Notes under the pieces: model-generated
Seen by the model: the letters and a program-made list of their open reading frames with translations, nothing else
What the model was told of the DNA's origin: nothing
The model's database searches: none
Part shown: piece by piece, positions 18,431-28,452 of the stretch
Numbering within the stretch: the stretch's first letter is position 1
Layout of the letters: each line of letters begins with the position of its first letter
Assembly: GCA_964616465.1 (NCBI GenBank)
Contig: CAZTTO010000010.1
Location: 44,712-108,711, forward strand
Reading direction: 5' to 3'
DNA length: 64,000 nt
DNA from: an uncultured Hydrotalea sp.
Lineage (GTDB): Bacteria > Bacteroidota > Bacteroidia > Chitinophagales > Chitinophagaceae
Translations under genes and position numbers: made by a program

Positions 18431-19888
18431 TTAAATCTTTGTATAAATGATTCGCAAACGAACCCGATTTGTAGAGTGATTTCCCCCTCCCAAACGGACC
18501 CTTCCTTGGGCATGGCCATTTGCAAATGCAGATGAAAAATTAAAAAATCCAATAGTACCTCCTGCACCAAATGGGGGGCTATATGCAAAGAAGTCATTTA
18601 CAACAGGTGAATACAACCTGAAGTCAAACTCATTCTCTCTTCTGGTTGCAATTCCTTGAACATATCTTGAAATATCAAAAGTATATTGAGCTACCCTGTT
18701 AAATGGCGGCACAGTTCTAAATCGAACAATTCCTCCGGCTGTTCCTAAGTTTGGCTGACCTTCATTAACTACGAAGTCGCTTGGTATATTTCTTTTACGT
18801 TGGTTCACACTGTCATAAAAGCCTAAAAATAAGTATCCTGGAACTTGCAAAATATTATCGAGTGTTGGATTAGCTGGAACTTGGGTAAACTGCAATTCAG
18901 CCCTATGAATAATTCTATTAGTTAAATTTCTTAATCCGGGTATACGAACACGTACAAATGTTCCTGGTCCAGTTTGAACGTGTAAAAGACTATCGGGTGT
19001 ATTGTTTTGGAGATAGGTGTTTATTTCTGAACCTGCTCTATTTCTTTGAATAAGATTTGCATGTCCTGTTGTGAAATTATTAAAACGGAAATAGACCACA
19101 CTTGTATCTCTTCTTGTAGCGCCAGCAGCTTTACTAGTAAAGTAAAGTCCTAGTTTTGTTTTTTCATTCAACAAAGATGTGTACAGTACAATATTTCCAT
19201 TGCCTAATTGCCCTGTGATTGCAAAGCCTGCAAAATTTCTTTTAAAGGCACTATCAGAAGCGTAAGCGCCTGCACTATCATATTGTTTAATGAAGCGTTG
19301 AGCAAAAGATGTTGGCAGGGGAAATCTAATGATATCAACATGCTGTTCGAAACGAGTGTTTAAAGAGTCCCTTAATCGTCTTGGGTCAAAGCTTCGAGTA
19401 ACCAATGGAGCACCAGCAAATTGAATATTAGGTGTAGGGGTAATAGTGAATTGCTTACTTGTATCAATAGGTGTAAGCTGACTAACCTCATATACACTTA
19501 AAGTTACAGGCTGAAGTGTATCGCCCCAAAAGCCTTTGTAGTCAAGCATTAGCACAGCAGAATCTGCAGTAAGGCTATCTTTAGATCCAGGAAATACATA
19601 AGGCAAAAAAGGAGGTCTAACTTCGAAAAAAGTACTCGCTAATGTTGTTCCAAACTGAGGATCGTTGCTAATTGCTCCAATTACATGATTGTCGTTGGGA
19701 AACATTCGCAGTGTATCTGTATCAACAAACACGTCTGTTACAACATCAAAAAATGTATCTAATGTATTTACTCCATCTATTGGTGGAATAAGCTCACTTC
19801 CAATTTCTGTAGTGGTAATTCTAGTGCAACCAATTACCAATCCAATTACTAATAAAATGCTATAAAATCCTGAAAAACGAAAACGCAT
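18431..19888 (-). CDS. DUF4270-like lipoprotein
   Basis: Lipobox-like N-terminus MRFRFSGFYSILLVIGLVIGC when started at the ATG at 19888. It sits downstream of a short glycogen-synthase-like gene and opposite panC, an arrangement I recall as typical for DUF4270 in Bacteroidota. Confidence 0.55.
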   Translation of the reverse strand: MRFRFSGFYSILLVIGLVIGCTRITTTEIGSELIPPIDGVNTLDTFFDVVTDVFVDTDTLRMFPNDNHVIGAISNDPQFGTTLASTFFEVRPPFLPYVFPGSKDSLTADSAVLMLDYKGFWGDTLQPVTLSVYEVSQLTPIDTSKQFTITPTPNIQFAGAPLVTRSFDPRRLRDSLNTRFEQHVDIIRFPLPTSFAQRFIKQYDSAGAYASDSAFKRNFAGFAITGQLGNGNIVLYTSLLNEKTKLGLYFTSKAAGATRRDTSVVYFRFNNFTTGHANLIQRNRAGSEINTYLQNNTPDSLLHVQTGPGTFVRVRIPGLRNLTNRIIHRAELQFTQVPANPTLDNILQVPGYLFLGFYDSVNQRKRNIPSDFVVNEGQPNLGTAGGIVRFRTVPPFNRVAQYTFDISRYVQGIATRRENEFDFRLYSPVVNDFFAYSPPFGAGGTIGFFNFSSAFANGHAQGRVRLGGGNHSTNRVRLRIIYTKI

Positions 19889-19901
19889 GGTTGGTGTTAG
19901 G

Positions 19902-20720
19902 TTACTTGCTTGCAAGGTCGTTGTACAAATCTAAATACTCTGTTAAATCGGAATCCCATCCTTTGAATGGGATAATTTTTTTCCCTTTCACTTTTGAGAA
20001 CTCTGTTTTTAGGGTTGAATCCACTTCATCTGCTCCAAATGTAATAGCATCGGCATCCTTAGCACCACCTCTAAACAAAGAAGGGTTATTTGAATCTTTA
20101 AAAGCTTCCAAATCCTTTTCCTTAATACCAGCATTAATAACAGCCTTCTTTATAAAATCGTCGCCCAAGCTTTCTTCAAATGTGTTCCCTCCTATTGTAA
20201 AAACAACCTTACTGTGTGCAAAAACAGGTTCTTTTTTATAGGCTGTTTTGATATAGGTTGGAATCAAGCCAGTCATCCAGCCACTGCAATGGATTATATC
20301 AGGTGGCCAACCAAACTTTTTAACAGTCTCTAAAGCTCCTTTACAAAAGAAAATAGTTCGTAGTCCATTATCATCGAACCACTTTTCTTCATCGTCGTGA
20401 AAGATTTGCTTTCTTTTAAAAAAGTCTTCATTCTCTAAGAAATAGACTTGAAGTCTTGCATTGGGAAGAGAGGCAACTTTAATTTGAAGCGGATAATCAT
20501 CGTCATCTACTGAAACATTAATTCCCGACAATCTTACTACCTCATGAAGTTTGTGACGTCTTTCATTGATCACTCCAAATCGAGGCATGATACAACGTAC
20601 TTCTAAACCAGACTCATTACTTTTGATAGCCAGCTTATTTACAATCTCAGCAAATTCAGTAAGCTCCAAATAAGGAGACATTTCTGTGGCTATAAATAAA
20701 ATTCTTTTCTTTGTTGACAT
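19902..20720 (-). CDS. Short glycogen/starch synthase-like protein (GT5 N-terminal half only)
   Basis: 272 aa. N-terminus KRILFIATEMSPY, as in glycogen synthase catalytic-domain proteins. Confidence 0.65.
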   Translation of the reverse strand: MSTKKRILFIATEMSPYLELTEFAEIVNKLAIKSNESGLEVRCIMPRFGVINERRHKLHEVVRLSGINVSVDDDDYPLQIKVASLPNARLQVYFLENEDFFKRKQIFHDDEEKWFDDNGLRTIFFCKGALETVKKFGWPPDIIHCSGWMTGLIPTYIKTAYKKEPVFAHSKVVFTIGGNTFEESLGDDFIKKAVINAGIKEKDLEAFKDSNNPSLFRGGAKDADAITFGADEVDSTLKTEFSKVKGKKIIPFKGWDSDLTEYLDLYNDLASK

Positions 20721-20757
20721 CAGCGCACAATTTTGCAGGTCGCGAAAATTAAGTGTG

Positions 20758-20765
20758 CAAAGGTA
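20758..20765 (-). promoter_or_regulatory. -7 box TACCTTTG upstream of the glycogen-synthase-like gene
   Basis: Forward caaaggta is the reverse complement of TACCTTTG. It lies 37 nt upstream of the ATG at 20720. Confidence 0.35.
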
Positions 20766-20823
20766 AGTATTTCTTATTAGAATTGAATTTTTGCGCTTCC
20801 TAACTCTTTATAAATCATTGATA

Positions 20824-21672
20824 ATGATTATCTTCAGGCAAAATCAAGCTTTACTGAGCTACCTCAAAAAGGAAAAAAACAACGGAAAAAGAGTAGGTTT
20901 TGTTCCAACAATGGGGGCACTACATGCTGGACATCTTGAATTGGTTAATCAAGCCGCAAAAAGTTGTGATTTGGTTGTGGTAAGTATTTATGTGAATCCA
21001 ACTCAGTTTAACCAACAAGAGGACTTCGAGAAATACCCAATCACCCCCACTGCTGATATAGATGCTCTTTTAAGGAGCAAATGTGCTGTTTTATTTACAC
21101 CTTCAACCCAAGAAATTTACCCTAATGGTATTGAAAACCTGCCTTTTTACAACTTGGGAGCATTGGAAACAATTCTTGAGGGCACACATAGACCAGGACA
21201 TTTTCAGGGAGTTTGCGCAGTGGTTGAACGCTTATTGAGGATTGTAGAGCCCAATGAATTATTTCTCGGACAAAAAGACTTACAACAATGCTGCATTATA
21301 CAGCGCCTGCTCGACCTCAAACCTGATATTCAAGTAAAGCTAACTACCCTACCGACCGTTCGGGAAGAAAGTGGCCTAGCGTTGAGTAGTCGTAATAAAC
21401 GGCTTAGCAATGAAGGGAAGAAAAAGGCCAGTATTTTGTTCCAAGCACTTCAAAATGTTGGCACCGGCATTCAGCACGGAGATTTAGAAACGATTATTGA
21501 ACAACAAAAGCAATTAATACAAGCAAATGGATTTGATTCAATTGATTATTTACAAGTAACTGATTTGTATACGCTTGAACCAATTTCAGTTTGGGAAAAC
21601 AAACCAGTTGCTATACTTGTTGCAGCTACTATTGAAGGAGTGAGGCTTATAGACAATATAATTATTCACTAA
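20824..21672 (+). CDS. panC: Pantoate-beta-alanine ligase
   Basis: PTMGALHAGHLELV motif. The ATG at 20824 is preferred over the TTG at 20791. Confidence 0.93.
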   Translation: MIIFRQNQALLSYLKKEKNNGKRVGFVPTMGALHAGHLELVNQAAKSCDLVVVSIYVNPTQFNQQEDFEKYPITPTADIDALLRSKCAVLFTPSTQEIYPNGIENLPFYNLGALETILEGTHRPGHFQGVCAVVERLLRIVEPNELFLGQKDLQQCCIIQRLLDLKPDIQVKLTTLPTVREESGLALSSRNKRLSNEGKKKASILFQALQNVGTGIQHGDLETIIEQQKQLIQANGFDSIDYLQVTDLYTLEPISVWENKPVAILVAATIEGVRLIDNIIIH

Positions 21673-21714
21673 TTTTTGGAATCTTCATCCATGAGCACAC
21701 TACCTTTGCGCCCT

Positions 21715-22059
21715 ATGTTAATTGAAGTATTAAAGTCGAAGATTCACAGAGCCACCATTACTGAGGCTAATTTACAATATGTTGGAAGCTTAACGCTCGA
21801 TGAAGATTTGATGGAAGCTGCCAATATGATTGAATATGAAAAAATTCAAGTTGTGAATGTGAACAATGGCGAACGGTTAGAAACTTACCTGATTAAAGGA
21901 AAAAGAGGAAGTGGTGTTGTTTGCTTGAATGGACCAGCTGCACGTAAAGGAGCTGTTGGAGATACTGTGATCATCATTTCTTATGCTACTATGGATTTTG
22001 AAGCAGCTAAGCAGTTTCAACCTGCTGTTGTTTTTCCGAAAGATGGTAACAAATTATAA
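21715..22059 (+). CDS. panD: Aspartate 1-decarboxylase
   Basis: [29 protein letters not shown], which includes the Gly-Ser self-processing site. The ATG at 21715 is preferred. Confidence 0.93.
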   Translation: MLIEVLKSKIHRATITEANLQYVGSLTLDEDLMEAANMIEYEKIQVVNVNNGERLETYLIKGKRGSGVVCLNGPAARKGAVGDTVIIISYATMDFEAAKQFQPAVVFPKDGNKL

Positions 22060-22069
22060 TAAATAAGAA

Positions 22070-22102
22070 AAGGCCGCTGTTTCATGCGGCCTTTAATTTT
22101 TT
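22070..22102 (+). terminator. Intrinsic terminator after panD
   Basis: GGCCGC(22072-22077), 8-nt loop, GCGGCC(22086-22091), then TTTAATTTTTT. Confidence 0.75.
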
Positions 22103-22138
22103 GAACAACAATAGCAGACTAAAATTGAGGTTGTACCT

Positions 22139-22723
22139 TTATTTTGATAAGGAGTTAGCTAAATCTGAGACCTTACTGTTTGGTGTACTTTTATACAATG
22201 TTTTTCCAGAACTATCTAATACAACCCATAAAGGCAGATTCAAATCTTTCTTATTCAGTGATTCTCCAGTTAAATACTCCAGAAAATTGATAGGCTTTTT
22301 CCAAAATCCAGCTCCAAATGCTTCATTGCTTAAAAAGTAAGCTTTATCTGGCTTTGTTGAAAGCACTTTTTGCAACGCATATATGGTTATATCTTGGTAG
22401 CCGAGAGATACGAATATTTTTTGATAGTCTTTGTATGCTGCCAATTCATCGAACTGCTTGATATTTGAAAATCCAGACTCTGGCGTATCCCAGGGGGTGT
22501 ACACTAAAAAGAAAATTTTAGGTTGCCCATTGGCTTTTAAAAGATCTACCTCTTTTTTATCCAATTCATTTATGGGAATTGCCTTGCCTTCGTAAGTGAT
22601 AGTTCCTTTCTCTCGCATCTCTTGTTTCCATTCTGCATTCATTTCTTTATAAGAGCGCTTGTGATTGGTTACAACTGAACAAGAGCAAAAGACTAGGACT
22701 AACAAGATTGGGGTGATTTTCAT
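22139..22723 (-). CDS. Hypothetical lipoprotein
   Basis: A start at ATG 22723 gives MKITPILLVLVFCSCS (lipobox). The 59-aa upstream extension in the track ORF has no signal-like or conserved character. Confidence 0.55.
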   Translation of the reverse strand: MKITPILLVLVFCSCSVVTNHKRSYKEMNAEWKQEMREKGTITYEGKAIPINELDKKEVDLLKANGQPKIFFLVYTPWDTPESGFSNIKQFDELAAYKDYQKIFVSLGYQDITIYALQKVLSTKPDKAYFLSNEAFGAGFWKKPINFLEYLTGESLNKKDLNLPLWVVLDSSGKTLYKSTPNSKVSDLANSLSK

Positions 22724-23041
22724 AAAGATTTTTAAATGTTTAATAGTGATAGGTAAAATTTGTTGTGTGTAATGTTGTATTCTCCGACTTTTAGGAACCT
22801 CAGTCAATGCCAACAACCTATTTATCAATCCGTATTTTTCTGCAGAGATTTTGCGGGTAAGATTTTGAGAAGATTGATTAATGGTGTATTGTAACAGCAT
22901 TTTTTCATATCAAATAACTTTTATCGAAGCTAATTTCTGATTTCAAAAAGCAGGAAAATTTGCTGTTAAAAAAAATAAAAATGAGCCCCCTTTTAAACAT
23001 TTAGGCTATTAAGAATTAATATTTCTAAATTCGCTGCAACC

Positions 23042-24055
23042 ATGAAAAAGAAACTCACTGCTGTTTTAAAGTACCTCCTGTTTTTAGGGCTAGGTATTTT
23101 TTTAGTTTGGTGGAGTTTGCGTGCAATACCAGATGAAAAATGGGGAGATTTTAAAGCCTCTTTATCTGGAGCACGCTATTGGCTCATTCTTCCGGTTTTT
23201 GGAATACTTACATTAAGCCACTGGTTAAGAGCTAAAAGATGGAACATGCTGATAGAGCCAATGGGGTATACCCCATCCATGAAAAACAGCTTTTTTGCTG
23301 TAATGGTTGGATATTTAGCTAATTTGGCTGTTCCTCGCCTAGGTGAAGTACTCAAGTGTACTATCCTTGCTCGTTATGAAAAAATACCTACAGACAAACT
23401 TATTGGTACTATTGTTGCCGAAAGAGCAGTAGATGTTATTTCACTTGGATTTGTATTTCTTCTAGCAATGACTTTTCAATACGATATAGTTGGCTCCTAC
23501 CTTGCTGAATTGTTATTGCCATTCATGAAAAATAAACAAGGTGAACTTTCCATTGAAAAAATACTCGTATTTGTAATATTGCTTTGTGTGATTGCTGCTA
23601 GCATATTTGCCTTATTGAAAAAATTCGGAAACAATCCTACTGTAGCTTTCATCAAAAAAACGATCAAGGGTGCATTTGAAGGATTAAGTAGTGTAACCAA
23701 AATGAAAGGGAAGGGAATATTTGTTCTTTACAGCGCAGCCATTTGGATATTATACGCTTTAGGAACTTGGGTAGGTATGTGGGCCACCATAGGTACTGAA
23801 CATCTTGGAATAGGAGCTGCATTTTCGGCATTATTTTTTGCAAGTATTGGTATGATTGTAACGCCTGGTGGAATTGGAGCCTATGCGCTATTTCTTGCAA
23901 CTGCTTTGGAAAAAAATGGTATTCCATTTGAGCTTGCTTTCGCTAATGGAACATTGCAATGGTTTGCGCAATTTATCATTGTATTAATCTGGGGGTTTAT
24001 ATCATTAGGTCTATTGCCCATTTTGAATAAAAAAAAACCACATGAAACAAGTTGA
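23042..24055 (+). CDS. Flippase-like / lysylphosphatidylglycerol-synthase-TM-domain (UPF0104) membrane protein
   Basis: 337 aa, about 8 TM helices, with an RAKRWNMLI motif after TM2. Confidence 0.55.
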   Translation: MKKKLTAVLKYLLFLGLGIFLVWWSLRAIPDEKWGDFKASLSGARYWLILPVFGILTLSHWLRAKRWNMLIEPMGYTPSMKNSFFAVMVGYLANLAVPRLGEVLKCTILARYEKIPTDKLIGTIVAERAVDVISLGFVFLLAMTFQYDIVGSYLAELLLPFMKNKQGELSIEKILVFVILLCVIAASIFALLKKFGNNPTVAFIKKTIKGAFEGLSSVTKMKGKGIFVLYSAAIWILYALGTWVGMWATIGTEHLGIGAAFSALFFASIGMIVTPGGIGAYALFLATALEKNGIPFELAFANGTLQWFAQFIIVLIWGFISLGLLPILNKKKPHETS

Positions 24056-24539
24056 AGCCATTCAAAAGAAAATTTTTTCGATAACCGACTTAGTGCGGCA
24101 GGTGGCAGCATGGCGGGTGAAAGGATATCAGGTTGCTTTCACAAATGGTTGTTTTGATATTTTACACGAGGGCCATATTTTTTCTTTAGAAAAAGCAGCC
24201 TCTGAAGCACAAATTTTAATTGTTGGAGTAAATAGCGATGCAAGTGTTCAAAAACTAAAAGGCGCAGAAAGACCTATTAACAAAGAGAACAGTAGGTGCC
24301 TTCTTTTAGCTAGTCTGGCTGTAGTAGACGCAGTTATAGTGTTTGAGGAAGACACACCATTGGAATTGATTAAATCAATCCAACCCGATGTACTTGTAAA
24401 AGGGGGCGACTATACCATTGAACAAATTGTTGGTGCAAAGGAAGTACAATCATGGGGCGGCCGAGTGGTAATTAATCCAATAGTCGAAGGATTTTCTACA
24501 ACTGGAATCATCCAAAAAATAAAGAGCAGCTATTCCTAA
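24042..24539 (+). CDS. Stand-alone RfaE domain-II-like cytidylyl/adenylyltransferase (D-glycero-beta-D-manno-heptose 1-phosphate adenylyltransferase family)
   Basis: 165 aa. Motifs FTNGCFDILHEGH, NSDASVQKLKGAERPI and LVKGGDY. Confidence 0.8.
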   Translation: MKQVEAIQKKIFSITDLVRQVAAWRVKGYQVAFTNGCFDILHEGHIFSLEKAASEAQILIVGVNSDASVQKLKGAERPINKENSRCLLLASLAVVDAVIVFEEDTPLELIKSIQPDVLVKGGDYTIEQIVGAKEVQSWGGRVVINPIVEGFSTTGIIQKIKSSYS

Positions 24540-24570
24540 AATCTTAACATAGTTGAATTAAGGGTTCTTT

Positions 24571-24578
24571 TATATTTG
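24571..24578 (+). promoter_or_regulatory. -7 box TATATTTG for ppk1
   Basis: Perfect TAnnTTTG, 17 nt upstream of the ATG at 24596. Confidence 0.5.
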
Positions 24579-24595
24579 ACTACACAGGAATAGAA

Positions 24596-26719
24596 ATGAA
24601 TAAGAAAAATCTCATACAACGCGATATATCTTGGTTAAGTTTTAATGCGAGGGTACTTCAAGAAGCCAATGACCCTAGTGTACCTCTAGCACAAAGAATT
24701 AGGTTTCTTGGAATATTTAGTAATAATTCAGATGAATTTTTTCGTGTACGTGTTGCAACCCTTAAGAGAATGGTTGAGTTTGCAGAAAAAAGACGTAAGC
24801 TGAACATGCACATGGAAGATGACCCTCAAGCCATTCTGGATCAAATTCAGACAATTGTTTTACAACAACAAAATGAATTCAACAGAATTTGGGAAGGCAT
24901 TTTGAGAGAAATGAAAAAAGAAAAGGTTTTTCTCCTAGATGAAAAACACTTAAATACTGAACAGAAAAAGTTTGTTGCTAAATACTTTGAAGAAGAAGTT
25001 CGATCAAATATTATTCCATTAATGATTGAGTCTTCTCCTACCCTTCCTTATCTCCGAGATAAAAGCTTGTACCTGGGCGTTGTAATGCGTAAAAAAGATT
25101 CTGCATATAGACAAAAATATGCCCTTATTGAAGTCCCCTCTAAAGCGCTCGGTCGTTTTATTTTGCTTCCCGGAAAACCAGGCGAAAAAAATATTATTCT
25201 TCTTGAAGATGTCATTCGCTTTAGTTTACCAACCATATTTTCCTATTTTGGTTATGATTACTTTTCATCTCATGTTTTTAAAGTAACAAAAGATGCTGAA
25301 ATTGATTTGGACAGTGATGTATCCTTATCATTTGTAGAGAAAATAGAAAAAGGGCTTAAAAACAGACGAAAAGGCAAACCAGTTCGATTTGTTTACGATA
25401 AAGAAATGGATGCAGGCTTGCTTGAGTTTTTAATTCGCAAATTGAATCTTTCTAGAAAAAGCAATATCATACCTGGCGGACGTATACATAATTTCCGCCA
25501 TTTTATGGACTTTCCATTTCACCTAATATCTTCTCCTCCAAGAAAAAAACCTTTTGTACATCCATTGTTACATCACCAAAGAAGGGTTACCGATGTTATT
25601 TTACAACAAGATGTAATGCTTCATTTTCCATACCACAGCTTTGATCCTGTAATTGATTTACTTCGAGAAGCTGCAATGGATCCAGATGTACTATCCATTA
25701 AAATTACCGCCTACAGATTGGCCTCTAATTCTAAAATCATTAATGCCCTTATTAATGCTGCTAGAAATGGTAAAGAGGTGATTGTAATGTTAGAATTAAA
25801 AGCAAGATTTGATGAAGAAGCCAATTTAGAATGGAAAACAATATTAGAAGAAGAGGGTGTACAAGTGTTACTGGGTGTACCTCGTATGAAAATACACGCC
25901 AAGCTATGTATTATCAAAAAAAGAATAGGCACAAAAATTTCACAATATGGATTTGTAAGCACGGGAAATCTTCACGAGAAAACAGCTACAGTATATGGCG
26001 ATCATTGCTTACTGACCTCTCAGCGAAATATTATGGCCGACATCAATCGAATTTTTGACTACTTGGCCAACTGGAAAAATGGACTACAACCTCTTCGCAA
26101 TTGTAAAACCTTATTGGTTTGTCCAAATAATATGCGTAGATCATTAGAGGAACTTATTCGCTTTGAAATAAAACAAGCCAAAGCAGGAAAAGCTTCGGGC
26201 ATCATTTTGAAAGTGAATTCATTAAGTGATGCCACTTTAATAGATCTATTGATGCAAGCCGCTAAATCTGGCGTACCTGTTCAAATGATTGTAAGAGGTA
26301 TCTTTTGTGCGAAGCCTGAATTGGTATTGGACAAAAAAGCTATATGCAAAGCAATTAGTATTGTCGACGAATATTTGGAACATGCAAGGGTATTGCTGTT
26401 TCATAATGGTGGTAAAGAAAAAATGTACATTTCAAGTGCCGACTGGATGGTGAGAAACTTGGATCATAGAGTTGAAGCGGCCGCTCCAATTTTGGACCCA
26501 AGTCTAAAAGAGGAACTTAAAGATATTCTTAATATTCAACTTAGTGACAACGTAAAAGCACGCTGTCTAGATGGTAAGCTTTCTAACGAGTATGTTTCTG
26601 GAGCGAGCAGAAAAAAGATCAGATCACAAATTGAAACCTATCAGTACCTTCACCAAAAATCTGTGAAAACCTATCACAGAAAAGAACCGAAAAAGACAAT
26701 TAAAAAACAACCTTCGTGA
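24596..26719 (+). CDS. ppk1: Polyphosphate kinase 1
   Basis: 707 aa. FLGIFSNNSDEFFRVRVA and two PLD-like HxK regions (KIHAKLCII). Confidence 0.95.
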   Translation: MNKKNLIQRDISWLSFNARVLQEANDPSVPLAQRIRFLGIFSNNSDEFFRVRVATLKRMVEFAEKRRKLNMHMEDDPQAILDQIQTIVLQQQNEFNRIWEGILREMKKEKVFLLDEKHLNTEQKKFVAKYFEEEVRSNIIPLMIESSPTLPYLRDKSLYLGVVMRKKDSAYRQKYALIEVPSKALGRFILLPGKPGEKNIILLEDVIRFSLPTIFSYFGYDYFSSHVFKVTKDAEIDLDSDVSLSFVEKIEKGLKNRRKGKPVRFVYDKEMDAGLLEFLIRKLNLSRKSNIIPGGRIHNFRHFMDFPFHLISSPPRKKPFVHPLLHHQRRVTDVILQQDVMLHFPYHSFDPVIDLLREAAMDPDVLSIKITAYRLASNSKIINALINAARNGKEVIVMLELKARFDEEANLEWKTILEEEGVQVLLGVPRMKIHAKLCIIKKRIGTKISQYGFVSTGNLHEKTATVYGDHCLLTSQRNIMADINRIFDYLANWKNGLQPLRNCKTLLVCPNNMRRSLEELIRFEIKQAKAGKASGIILKVNSLSDATLIDLLMQAAKSGVPVQMIVRGIFCAKPELVLDKKAICKAISIVDEYLEHARVLLFHNGGKEKMYISSADWMVRNLDHRVEAAAPILDPSLKEELKDILNIQLSDNVKARCLDGKLSNEYVSGASRKKIRSQIETYQYLHQKSVKTYHRKEPKKTIKKQPS

Positions 26720-27600
26720 GACTGGCAGCTATTGATATAGGGAGCAACGCAGCAAGATTACTTATTACCGATGTAATACGTGGCATTGATGGGAAACCCC
26801 AATTCAATAAAATAAATTTAGTACGTGTTCCTTTAAGACTGGGTTTTGATGTTTTTGAAACTGGTGAGATTTCAAAACAAAAGAGAGGCATGATTCTTCA
26901 AACCATGAAAGCTTATAGCCACCTCTTAAAAGCTTATGATGTACAAAACATAAAAGCTTGTGCAACCAGTGCCATGCGTGATGCTATCAACAGTGAAGAT
27001 ATTATTCGAAAAGTTTGGATGGAAACCGGCATCAGTATTAAAGTTATTTCTGGAGATGAAGAAGCAGCAGTAATTTATGAAAACCATATTGCTGAAAATA
27101 TGGATATTAGCAACAGTTATTTGTACATTGATGTTGGCGGAGGTAGTACTGAAATAACTTTCTTTCATGAAGGAAAAATGAAATACAAGCGTTCCTTTAA
27201 TATTGGTACTATTCGATTGCTAAAAAACCAAGTTGAAGAAACTGTTTGGGATGAAATGAAAGAAGCTATCAAACAAAATATTAAATCAAACGGTGCTAAA
27301 GTAGCAATTGGCTCAGGTGGGAATATCAACAAGGTGTTTTCATTGTCAAAAAAGAAGGAAGGAAAGCCATTGAACTTAGAACTTTTAAAAGACTATTATA
27401 AAGAATTATCATCTTTTAGTATTGAAGAAAGGATTCGCTTATACAAGTTAAGATCAGATCGTGCCGATGTAATTGTTCCAGCACTTCAAATTTACATTAA
27501 CATTATGCGTTGGGCAGATATTGACCTTATTTATGTACCTAAAATTGGCCTTGCCGATGGTTTAATACAAAAACTTTATCAGGAAATCATATCCCGATAA
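26716..27600 (+). CDS. ppx: Exopolyphosphatase (Ppx/GppA family, short form)
   Basis: [14 protein letters not shown] and [13 protein letters not shown] motifs. The GTG start overlaps the ppk1 stop (GTGA). Confidence 0.88.
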   Translation: MRLAAIDIGSNAARLLITDVIRGIDGKPQFNKINLVRVPLRLGFDVFETGEISKQKRGMILQTMKAYSHLLKAYDVQNIKACATSAMRDAINSEDIIRKVWMETGISIKVISGDEEAAVIYENHIAENMDISNSYLYIDVGGGSTEITFFHEGKMKYKRSFNIGTIRLLKNQVEETVWDEMKEAIKQNIKSNGAKVAIGSGGNINKVFSLSKKKEGKPLNLELLKDYYKELSSFSIEERIRLYKLRSDRADVIVPALQIYINIMRWADIDLIYVPKIGLADGLIQKLYQEIISR

Positions 27601-27632
27601 AGAACAGTTACATTTATACTACAATTGAAATC

Positions 27633-28448
27633 ATGAGCGTATATAAAAATATTAAAAAGGTAACTACCAACACGCTTCAAAAAATGAAGCAGGAGGGTGA
27701 AAAAATAAGTATGCTCACTGCTTATGACTTCTCCTTTGCTCGCTTAATTGATCAAGCAGGTATGGATGTTATTCTGGTAGGCGATAGTGCAGGAAATGTA
27801 ATGGCTGGTCACGAAACAACTGTTACAGTTACTTTGGAGCAAATGATCTACCATGCTCAATGTGTAGTGAGAGCTGTTAATCGCGCTTTGATTGTTGTTG
27901 ATTTGCCTTTTGGATCTTACCAAAGTAACTCAGAAATTGCTTTGGCTTCTGCCATTCGTGTGATGAAAGAAACCGGTTGTCACGCTGTTAAAATGGAAGG
28001 TGGAGAAGAAATTGCTGAGAGTGTTCAAAAAATTGTAAAAGCAGGCATTCCTGTCATGGGGCACGTAGGACTCACACCACAAAGTATTTACAAATTTGGA
28101 ACCTATACTGTAAGAGCTAAAGAAGAAGAGGAAGCAGCTACTTTAAAAAAGGATGTTCAAATTTTACAGGATGCAGGTTGTTTTGCGGTTGTACTTGAAA
28201 AAATCCCTGCAAAACTTTCCTCAGAAGTTACAGCAGCGCTTCGTATTCCAACCATTGGTATTGGTGCGGGAGCACATTGCGATGGTCAGGTTTTAGTCAT
28301 GCACGACATGCTTGGCATCAACAACGAATTCAACCCTCGATTCCTCAGAAAATATTTACAACTTGCCACTCAAATAGATGAAGCACTTCGTCAATATATA
28401 CAAGATGTTAAGTCGCTTCAATTTCCTAACGAACAAGAATCATATTAA
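27633..28448 (+). CDS. panB: 3-methyl-2-oxobutanoate hydroxymethyltransferase
   Basis: MLTAYDF, LVGDS and VKMEGG motifs. Confidence 0.95.
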   Translation: MSVYKNIKKVTTNTLQKMKQEGEKISMLTAYDFSFARLIDQAGMDVILVGDSAGNVMAGHETTVTVTLEQMIYHAQCVVRAVNRALIVVDLPFGSYQSNSEIALASAIRVMKETGCHAVKMEGGEEIAESVQKIVKAGIPVMGHVGLTPQSIYKFGTYTVRAKEEEEAATLKKDVQILQDAGCFAVVLEKIPAKLSSEVTAALRIPTIGIGAGAHCDGQVLVMHDMLGINNEFNPRFLRKYLQLATQIDEALRQYIQDVKSLQFPNEQESY

Positions 28449-28452
28449 GGCT

